This document shows, piece by piece, positions 54,370 through 64,000 of a stretch of DNA of 64,000 nucleotides. The notes below the pieces were generated by a model. The model did no database searches, was not told the DNA's origin, and saw only the letters and a list, made by a program, of their open reading frames with translations. Within the stretch, counting starts at the first letter, position 1; every line of letters starts with the position of its first letter. The DNA is from Paraspadella gotoi (Eukaryota > Animalia > Chaetognatha), in assembly GCA_051294375.1 (NCBI GenBank), contig CM119268.1, forward strand, positions 15,333,898-15,397,897, given 5' to 3'. The position numbers and the translations under genes were made by a program.

Positions 54370-54863
54370 TCTCTTCCGTTCATCAAGCGTTCACCCATCG
54401 TTCATCACGCGTTCACCCTGGATTCACAACTCGTTTCTCGCGTTCCGTCGTTCGCTTCAACTTCGACTCGTTTTAGGCTAATCGTAAAAGAAAGAGTCAC
54501 GTGAGAATTACGTGACTACGAGATGATGGAGGCGACGATGAAGACGGAGGCGTGGCATCGTCGTTGTCGTCGTCGTTGTCGTCCTTGTCGTCGTCGTCGT
54601 CGTCTGGGCCCAAAACATCCAACTCAAACATCGTAATCGGTTTCGGGCGAATCTTTTCATTTTTTGTGTCCCAGAATCTTCGAGTGTCACTGGAATGTGA
54701 ATTTGGGATAAAGATCACATCCAGGAGGAGAAAGTCAACTTTTGAGGAAACGAAGAGGAAGGGTGAGAAAGCGGTGAGAGGGTGAGGGAGCGGTGAGCCC
54801 CTGGATTACCGAATTATTGTTGGAAGAGAGTCTGAGTTCATCGAAAGAAAATAAATCTCGTGT

Positions 54864-55026
54864 TTATGAAATTGGTACAACCAATATAAAAATTATCCAT
54901 TCATTTATTAAATAAGCTATCTTGCCCCTTATTTTGGATTGGCTTTGTTGATTTAAGGCCTCCATCACTCTTACAAAATAATGACATCGCAAGCTTTCAA
55001 ACAGGACTCTCTCACAGTCTCGTTTT
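54864..55026 (-). repeat. Diverged solo copy of the first ~190 bp of the 325-bp family
   Basis: TATGAAATTGGTACAACCAAT...AAGGCCTCCATCACTCTTAC...CTCTCTCACAGTCTCGTTT matches the reverse complement of 9317-9490 with substitutions and a short deletion. Confidence 0.85.
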
Positions 55027-55399
55027 TTTTACTTTCATATCAATTAAGAGGCTTAATTTTAAATATAAATATTTAATATTTATTATATGTTTATTTTAGT
55101 TTTATTTTATTTTTACGTTTTGGTTAAGCCTTAAGGAGATTTTGATCAAATTAGTATTAACAGTATAAAATAAAATTAACTAGATTTGAAAGAAAACTTG
55201 AACTGAAATATTAAAGAATAACAGTTCTGCGATTTTATTTTTTTCTGGAAGTCGGTGGAATTCTCCAGAATTTTCCGGAAGTTGCCAGAAGAATTTCCGG
55301 CGAATGGAATCGAGACGAACGCAAAACAATTTTTTGATAAACGCAATGGGATTTGTTGCCCTGAGGAGAAGATGGGACTGACGAGAGGAAAATAGAAAT

Positions 55400-55474
<75 letters not shown>

Positions 55475-55679
55475 CAGAGAAGTCAAAGAATCAAGGGAAG
55501 AGAGAGAAACAAATTGAAAAAAGAAAAAAAGAGAGAAAAAGAGGCGTAAGAGATTTCTTCTGTCATTTCGAGACGGACGGACCGACCAAAAGTTGGCGAG
55601 AAAAGCGAAAAGCGACGGCGGACGACGCCATCTTGATACTTCATTTCGGCGAAGAAGAAAAAAAAGAGAAATCCAACAT

Positions 55680-56140
55680 AAGGCGGGAGAACGGGCGACG
55701 CTCGAGGAGGCGGACAGGCGGCGGCGAGCGGCGGCGGTAGTGGCGGGCGGCGTCGGATTAAAAAAGCGCGCAGTTGATTATGGATCGTCTTCTCAAGGAC
55801 TCCCACACAAAGACATCTTTATTCCTATTTATCACCAAAATCCCTCAGGGGTCGATAGAATTTGGAATGAAAATAAAAATATGACTACATTATTTAATTT
55901 TATGACTAAAAATAGCATCACAGGAGGCAACAACGAATGTTGTAAAATATTTTCATGTTTTTGAATCGTGGGGAATATCACTCCGATATCACTATCTCCA
56001 ACTTTTATCATCAGCATCAAAATCGGGACAAATCTTCTGCCCAAGAGAAGCTTCAAAGATTCAAAGCCCTGATTATGCGCCGGCGGGGACACTTTAAAAA
56101 ATTATGTTCGCACGATCGATTTGAAGGCTGTCCGGCCCGA

Positions 56141-56185
<45 letters not shown>

Positions 56186-56330
56186 ATCGCCATTCGTTCG
56201 GACCCTCGCCCACGTTGAATCCTTATTACGCTCTTATCAAAACCAGGATCCCCTCCTTAGACGTCCCACGATTGCCTCCACGCCAGAAACCCTTTCTCCC
56301 TGGCAACACCCCTACCTTCGCCCGGCCTGA
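55680..56330 (+). CDS. Possible coding segment with polyproline/polyalanine tract; frame and strand uncertain
   Basis: Three overlapping + ORFs (55593-55964, 55955-56218, 56121-56330) give non-repetitive peptide and could be one frameshifted exon; (GCC)n at ~56141-56182. No clear splice model. Confidence 0.25.
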
Positions 56331-57200
56331 CCCAATAGGGGAGGAGGCGGCTCGGGAAGAGAGAGAGAGAAGATAGAGAGAGAGAGAGAGAGAAGATCGG
56401 AGATGGAGAGAGAGAGAGAGAGAGAGGAGGAACGAAAAGAGATGGCCGATGCAGAGAAACCTTCGCTCCGCGGCCATTTACATTACGCAACAGCTATTTT
56501 ATATGTTTATTTTGGAGAGATAGAGAGAGAGAGATGAGAAATGAGATGAGTAGATAAGAGAGAAAGAGGAGTGAGAAAAGAGAGAAGAGAGAAATGAAAG
56601 AAAAAAAAGAAAGATTAATGACTAGAAAAACGATGAGAAAGAATAGAAAGAAAGATAAGATAAGAAAGAAAGAAAGATAAGAAAAGGATAAAAGATGAAA
56701 GAAAGAAAGAGAGAGAGAGAGAGAGAGAGAAGAAACAATTTAATCTAAAACATGAAACTAATTTTGCTCTTTTAAAGACAAACGGCACAAATGCTCTAAA
56801 CGATCAATTTGTCACATTTTAAGAAAATGACAGCTTTTTTAATTTTAATTATTCTAGCTGCCTACGCCATCTTTTATAAGTGACGTGATTATTTTAAAAA
56901 TTTACGAAGTCAATTGTGCGTTTAAAAAAAAAAATTCTTGACAATTATGAACATTGAAAGTCGTTGTGGAGAGGGATCTGACTTCCTTCTATCTGTTTAT
57001 TTTTTTTTTCTTATCCAGCAGAAAATTAGTTTCTATGAGTTTTGCTTCTTCGGTGATAACAGACTCTGGCTGGACAACTTGTTAAAAATATGATAGAGGA
57101 AGTAAAGATAGGAAGAGGAAGAGATGAGGAGAGAAAAAAAAAAAAGAAAAGGGAAAGAAGACAAAAAAGAAAGAAAACGAGAAAGAGAAACAACGCACGG

Positions 57201-57300
<100 letters not shown>

Positions 57301-57303
57301 CGT

Positions 57304-59110
57304 TCAAACTCCCCTGTCTATAATTGCTGGTCCCGGCGGGCTAATTTTCTTTCTTTTCCTTGGCTTCGGCCGTGATTCCATCAGCAGCCTCACCCTCCTG
57401 GGTCCAGCAGTCTTGTCCAAATGTCTGTAAAACAGAGACAGAAGACGAAGCCGCTCGCCAAACGAAGGCACAAACACAATAACGTTGTTATTATATTCGA
57501 CGGCGACCAAGGTTTCCTTCTCTTCCTTTTTTTTTCCTCCCGCTTTTTTTCTCTTCTCCCCTATATTCTTCTTTTTCAACTCGTTGCGCGTTCGGGGCCG
57601 GCGGTGGACGTTGGCGGTCGGTTGGTGTGGGTGGTGGTGTGGCGTGGAGTGGTGGATGATGTGGTGGAATTAGTGAAAGCGACGATGACGGTTGTGGCGC
57701 CGTTTTTCGTTTTTAACGAGCGACGACTCGGACGAGATGCCACAATCAAGGAAAGTCGTCGTCGTCGTCGTCGTCGTCGTTCGTTCGTTCGTTCATTTGG
57801 TAAACTAAGTGTTCGTGTNNNNNNNNNNAAACTAAGTGTTCGTTTTTTTTTTTAAAGTTAAAGAAAAATTTACAAGTATTAAAAAAGCATTTCCTTCGAA
57901 ATTGTTTGTCGCCGTCTCCATCGTCATCGTCGTCGTTGTCGTCGTCGTCGCCTTCTTTGATGTGTTTTCTCATCGTGTTTGGTCTTTCAAGTTTTCGAAA
58001 TACAATTTTTTTTTCATGATTGACTAATGACTATGTGCATTGAAGCTACACATATATTACTTAATAATGATTAAATTTTTAGCGTCCAATAAGAAGTGAT
58101 GTATTATATGTGATATAATGATAATATAATTCATCGGTCTCAACTGCCTCGATAATCTTCACTTGACCAACCCGGTGGGCGCCATCGCTCGAACCTCTCC
58201 CCCCGAACCGTCCTCGATCCGGCGATGTCGGAAGCAGCACCGGCAGAAGCGCCCCAACATATCGACGACGCTTCGGTTTCCGCCTCGGTTTCCGGCGAAG
58301 AGCGAAGAAGGAGTCGGCGACACCGACGCCGATCCGTCCGTCGATTCCGGCGACCAAAATCTGGAATCGGCGTCGCTGTCCTCTTCCTCCTCCTCCTCCT
58401 CCGTCCCTTCCTCTGGCTTTTTTCTTCCGGCGCAATGGCATCGAAATCGGCGCCGTCGATCGCGGCGTCTTTCTCGGCGCTGTTCGTTCCGCCGTCGGAG
58501 TTGATCGAAGAATCGTTTGAAGCTCTCAGTCGAGGGAGATTCGCCGAGGGCGGCCAGAGATGAGAGTTCCGGCAGATCGGCGTCGCCGGCGTGGCACTGA
58601 GACGAGACGCTAGTTTTCTCGCGGGAGACGGCGCCGTTTTCGAGAGGGGGCTCGACTTTAGTATATTAAAAGAGTGTATTAAATATTAAATATTATTAAT
58701 TATAACTGTTGGACATAAAATTTCGCCAAACGTGGAATGGAAATAAAGTTATTTCGTCCGTGTATATATCAATAAAACTTTACGTATGATTATGTTTAAT
58801 TATCATTAATCATCATTTGTTATTTTGTATTAAGCCTTTTCTTTTCTTATACAGATCACGTGATATAATTATTGATCAGCCAGTTTATGTCCAACATAAA
58901 AGTGCATTTTAAAAAGTGTAATTATTATCAAATACGATCCAATAGTTTTCCAATAAAAAACAAAAGAAACTTATCACAACTGAAAAAGCCTAACACAGGA
59001 AAAGTAGATTAAAGAGAAAAAGGAATTTTATTTTTATTTTAAGACCAAAAGGCGGCATTCACATTCCTCCACATACCTCGAAGAGTTTCGGTGGATCGTT
59101 CATATTTCAT
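57304..59110 (-). CDS. Three-exon hypothetical protein, ~215 aa, Arg/Glu-rich with a basic NLS-like C-terminus
   Basis: Exons 59110-59077 (MKYERSTETLR, G|GTATGT, phase 1), 58655-58163 (493 bp, open frame EPPLENG...SFKRFFDQLRRRNEQRRERRR...EEEEEEDSD...FCRCCFRH..., AA|GTGAAG, phase 2) and 57424-57304 (TTTTACAG|; HLDKTAGPRR...PKPRKRKKISPP...stop). Phases match across both introns. No family recognised. Confidence 0.6.
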
Positions 59111-59500
59111 TTTCAAATTCGTTTACGTAATGTTCGTTTTTTTAAACATTTTGTATCATATAGATTAAAACTTCGCTAATTAGGATTAAGCCATATTTGA
59201 ATATGAGGACATGGACAGCTCGATGCTTATCGCTTACCTTACGCTTAAATCCTCCTCGAAATCAAATAGTAAGAATTAAATTAAAATTATTAATAAATCC
59301 TGTTTCGCTCAATAAAAGAAAACTAGGCGACGAAGATTTTTGTACTACGTAATATGTATAAAAAGTTTTTTATTTTTTAATCCAATTGCAAATGTTAACT
59401 ACATGCTACAAGGGATAGAGCGACAAAGCGAAAGAGTGATGGGTTAACGGTCCATGAAGCCATAATGATAATCTTGACTAAAGTGTGTCTAACTTGGCCG

Positions 59501-61698
59501 TTATTGCCGCACCGAAGTGGCGCTGCTGCATTTGCCGATGCGTGCGTTGAACTGATCCCTGACTCCGATGACGATGCCGCAATTGCCGCAATGGTGGACG
59601 ACGTCTTTGCAGCCGACGCAGTCGAAAAACGGAGCGATCCACCAGAATGGGATCAGAGGAAAGAGGAAGAGACAGATGCAGGCCAGCCAAACGCAGGTGC
59701 CCATCTTGGTCCGGACGGTGCTGGTCGGGGGGGGGGGAAGACGTGAGAGTAGAAGAGTAAAAGAGTCAAATTAAGATCAATGAAATGACAAAGATACTCC
59801 AGACTGGAGTATTAACCTTTGGTAATATAGAAATAGAATATTGATCGAGACATTCGTTCTAATCCGATATTATAATATTCTTTTTTATATTCCAACATCG
59901 ACTCACGTGGGTCCCGACTTTTTGCATGCGTGGCAATGTCGAATCTCCGGATATTCACCGAACTTCCCCGTCATCAGCGGCTCCGGATTTGCTTGGGGTT
60001 GGTTCGTTTGCCCGCCAGTCGAAGCCACTGACTTTTTGTGCTGATTAAAATGTATAAGAAGTAAAAAGAAGGTGACCGAGAGATAGAGAGATTTAGAGAG
60101 AGAGAGAGATTTAGAGAGAGTGAGAGAGAGAGAGAGAGTAGAGAGAGAGACGAGAGAGAGAGAAGAGAGAGACGAGAGAGAGGAGAGAGAGAGAGAGAAA
60201 ACGCCTGAAAAACAATCGAATTAGACGTCATAAGGTCATTAAACTTAAATGTTTAACAAGTATTTTTTCAAAATCAATATTTCCATCGACTCCTCGCTTA
60301 GCGGTTTCCTCTTACCGTCGGATCGTAGTTGACGTTATGTCTGCGATCTTCACCCACGCCATCCCTTCGCTGAAAGGCAACCGGCGAGTCCTCATCGAAA
60401 TCCCAGGTTCCACTCTCTTCCTCTATCACCACCGGATGAATGAAGTCCGACGGCGTCTTTTTGGCTGCGTAGCGTCCCTGCGGCGTCGGGCGGAAGCTGA
60501 CGCGGTCGTTGCCGTGAAGATTATATTCGTAAGCGTTACGACTCGATTCCAATTCGGCGTCGTTATTGCCGACTTCGAGATCAGGATCATTGGTTTCATG
60601 GTTATGAATTTGGTCAAAGTTTTTCGCCGCTCGATTGTAATCGTTGACGCTATGATCTGATTTCGTAATGCCGTCTTTATCATCCACGTGAGGTTCCAGA
60701 GTGACACCAATGTTGCTATTATTCGCAGGACCAATGAGATCTGAGGCAGCAACTGATTGTTTCGGGTATAAATTTATGTTTGAATATTTTTCAATACCGT
60801 TTCCATATCGTGCCAAATGTTGATCAATAGTGAAATCAGTTTTGTTCCGCAAGTTTGCATCAATTTTTTGATTGTCATTAAGGCTTTCGGACTCTGCTTC
60901 GGGCCGTGTGCTTTCATTAATGCTGCTTTCCTTGTCGAGTTGAAAAAGATTGGATTTAGTTGTATCCTTTTGACTTTTCCTTTCGTCTTGGATGTTAGGA
61001 CTCAAGACGGGGCAAATTAGATCCGAGACAGGGAGAGCTCTACTATGGGCGGGGCTTTTTCTTGATGTACTTTCCAATTTCACGATATTAGAATTGGCAG
61101 CAGATTTGTTAATTCCCTGACCGAAATTCCTAACTCCTTTGACGGCGCTTCGATCGGTGTTGCCAATCAAATTAGAGGCTGGAATAGCTCTTCCGCGGGC
61201 GCTGTTGATATTGTATGGCACGGAGCAGTCTTCGCTTGGACGTGGTCTTCCGGGACGGATAAAAACAAAAATCCTGTGAAGCCGTTTGAGCAGCTTGGGC
61301 CATTTGCCAGTTCGGTGGTCTCGGCCAGATTCTTCATCTTTTTGCTCACAAACGAATTCCACTTGGTCGTGGTTTTCATCCGCGACGAGGACATTGTCTC
61401 GAAGACTCGGATCGTTTCCCGACGCGTCCGTACCAGGATTGGAAGCGGACTCGTTGCCATGGCGACCTCGTTCTCGCGGCGAGTGAATCTCTCGACCATC
61501 GCGACTCCCCACGGCACCGTTTCTCGGACCGCGAGGTCTCGGCGAGTTTCCGGCGCCGGAACGCCGTTTTGCCGAAGCCGGCGCGCATTTTTCTAAAGCT
61601 CCCCGCTTCGGAGCGCCCACATTGGTTTTTCTATGGGCGTCTCTCGTTTTCGCTCGACCTTCCAGCTTCCGTAGGATTTCGCGCAGTTCTAGAGTCAC
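59501..61698 (-). CDS. LITAF-domain (zinc-binding membrane-associated) protein with long N-terminal low-complexity region; 5' end not resolved
   Basis: Exons ~61698/61688-60316 (from the 466-aa ORF; donor ACG|GTAAGA, phase 0), 60040-59907 (acceptor TTTTAATCAG; HKKSV...FGEYPEIRHCHACKKSGPT; donor AC|GTGAGT, phase 2) and 59720-59501 (acceptor GACCAG; TVRTKMGTCVWLACICLFLFPLIPFWWIAPFFDCVGCKDVVHHCGNCGIVIG...stop). CxxC, a hydrophobic stretch, then KDVxHxCxxC is the LITAF signature. The link to the long exon is inferred from splice phase. Confidence 0.85.
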
Positions 61699-62790
61699 GT
61701 GATTAAATCCAGCGTCTTATTGATTCTTCGACTCTTCACTCTTCGTCGTCGTTGTCATCGTCATTGTCGTCGTCGTCGTCATCGTCATCGTCGTTTAATT
61801 TTCTCACTTTTCTCATCGATCATTAGTTTTTTTTTTGGTAGTGAATAATTCTTGATTTCTGATTCTATTAGTGTCGATTGTCGCTATTAACGAATCCAAT
61901 GCGGATATTTTTCGAGCCCGATAAGATTCTCCAATTAAGGGAAATTTTAAACGAATGTTCTTAATTAATAAAACGACTTGGTAAATAAATTCCCCGCCCG
62001 CTTTTTATTTCGAACCTTTCCCCTTCCTTCCTTTCCCTTCCCTACCCAATACCCATCCTTCCCCGCTCCCTCTTTTCTTCCAAACTCACCCCGTCCATTA
62101 CGCGTCATCCCCTTTTAATGCCGCCAGGGGTGAGTTGTCTTTCCCGTTCTTTGGTATCCTCCTGCTCATGGAGATTATCCCACCTCATTAAATTCGATGA
62201 AAAGAGTCCGGCCGACAATGACGCCGAGTTGTCGTCGTCGTCGTCGTCGTCGTCGTCCTCGTTGCCGTCGTCGTAGTCGTTTTTGCTATAGAGTCATCTC
62301 GTGAAATAAAACGCTATATCACATTCAGAGATTTGTTTTTTCATTCGGCTTTATTGTTTTATAACGATTCATGTTATTCAACAAAAATATTTTTCTAATT
62401 AGTGATTTACATCATCATATCATCATCATCATCATCATCATCATCACTCATAATGTCGTCGTCGTCGTCGTCGTCGTCGTCGTCTTCTTCATAGACAGGC
62501 CTTCAAATTTCGCTCAAAGTCGTTATTAAATCTTTTTTTCTCTTTCTCAGCGATGGCCGTCGCCTCTGTCTTGGTTTCTAATCATCAGGGCGGAATAAGC
62601 TTTTTACTTTCCCTTACTTTCTTTTTTTTTCAACTTTCTTTTTTTCTTCTCATTTTCACTTTCATCTTTACTCTTTTTGTCCTTAATATTTTTTTTTTAA
62701 TTTTTTTTTCCGTTTTTGTTTGCCGTCGTTTAAAAAAATCTTAGGCCGCCCGTTTAAACGCCCACTTTCGTCGTGACTTGCGGCTTCGTA

Positions 62791-62822
<32 letters not shown>

Positions 62823-62970
62823 TTTCTTTTACGTTATCGTCCTTTAAGTTGTGTTCTTTTGTCTTTGTATCCTTTTTTTTCAGAAAAATATATTTTTAAA
62901 ATTTTTCTTTCTCAGGCTTGCGCCCTCCTTCGTCTCATCCCTCCCTCTGGCTCGACGACTTGTACCAACT

Positions 62971-63104
62971 TTTCTCCAGCTATTCCCTTTCGCCCCCTTT
63001 TCTCTAGCTATTCCCTTTCGCCCCCTTTTCTCCAGCTATTCTCCATTCCTCTTAGCATTCCTCTTAGCATGCCTTAGCATTCCTCTTAGCATTCCTCTTA
63101 GCAT
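62971..63104. repeat. Short tandem repeats: ~29-bp unit x2.5 followed by 12-bp CATTCCTCTTAG x4
   Basis: TTTCTCCAGCTATTCCCTTTCGCCCCCTT repeated, then CATTCCTCTTAG repeated with one shortened unit. Confidence 0.8.
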
Positions 63105-63935
63105 TGTCCTCACACTGCAATCCATCTTTGTCCACCCATTTTCTTTTCTCCTCCTCGCCATCCTCTTTCCTGGTTTTCTCTTTTTCTTTTTCTCACTTCC
63201 TCCCTCCCGACATTTCCCTCTCAACCATTCTCCCTCTCCTTTAGTCCCTCTGTCCCTCTGTCCGTCTCTCCTAAAGAAAATCCGTCGATGCTTCCATTCA
63301 CTTATATGAGATAGAATGAATAAGGAAAATTAAGAAAGAGAGTGAAGGGGAGAGAAGGGAAGGATTAAGACAAATAATACAAGTGAAACGAGTAATTTTG
63401 CAAATTTTCATAAAAAACAGATTATGAAAAGAAAAAAAAGAAGCTTTACTGTGAGTCATGTAGCGGGCCTATTATTGTAGACTCTAATCATTATACACCG
63501 GATATTAGAATGAGAAGACACTTTTACACCATGTGGCTGCAAAGAATAAATTCATAGAGACTCACCCCAAGCAAAGTGGTGGTCAGAAAGTGTAGCGCGA
63601 TCGTAATCGGACCAACCTTTCAAATGAAATTACAAGAGCGCTCGTTGCTGACAGAGTCTTTGAGAATGAAACTGGCTATAATTTTCATCAGGGCTAAGAA
63701 CTTTCTTTCTGCCTCTCTTCCTCACATTTCCTATCTCTCTCTTTACCTCTCCCTCCCTTTTCTTTCTTCTCTAAAACTCTCTTTCTCTACGTGGGCGGTG
63801 CCGGGCGAAGCCTCGTCATCGACTTCCGGTGCGCAAATTGGCCGTGAGATGGCGCGAACCGGCGCCGCCGGGCGCCCGGGTGCACTTCCGGGCGCCGCGG
63901 CGCGCGGGGGGAGCGGGCGAGAAAGAAAGGGAGAC

Positions 63936-63972
<37 letters not shown>

Positions 63973-64000
63973 AGAGAGAGAGAGAGAGAGAGAAGTGAGA

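Overview
AT-rich eukaryotic (invertebrate-like) draft genomic DNA with GT-AG introns, several under 100 bp, and dense (GA)n, (GAC)n and (GATA)n microsatellites. There is no prokaryotic signature: no operon-like ORF packing, rRNA, tRNA or CRISPR, and most ORFs in the track are low-complexity noise. Much of the window is re-used sequence: 1456-10496 is mirrored at 15035-24756, 202-1430 occurs three times, 36281-39985 is repeated at 47680-51377, and 40180-42951 is mirrored at 51374-54125. These copies sit at ~25-N gaps and are either near-identical or full of indel noise, so they most likely come from long-read gap-filling, not biology. By hand I assembled three phase-consistent minus-strand gene models: a protein with a C-terminal LITAF domain and an unusually long N-terminal region with repeated motifs (59501-61698), a ~215-aa charged protein I do not recognise (57304-59110), and a 6-exon, >=366-aa protein I do not recognise (27372-30257). 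Repeats include 65-bp and 77-bp minisatellites, a ~325-bp tandem/dispersed family, and two families with DINE-1/HINE (non-autonomous Helentron) architecture. I found no convincing novel multi-gene system; the best leads are the long LITAF protein, the two unrecognised genes and the HINE-like elements.
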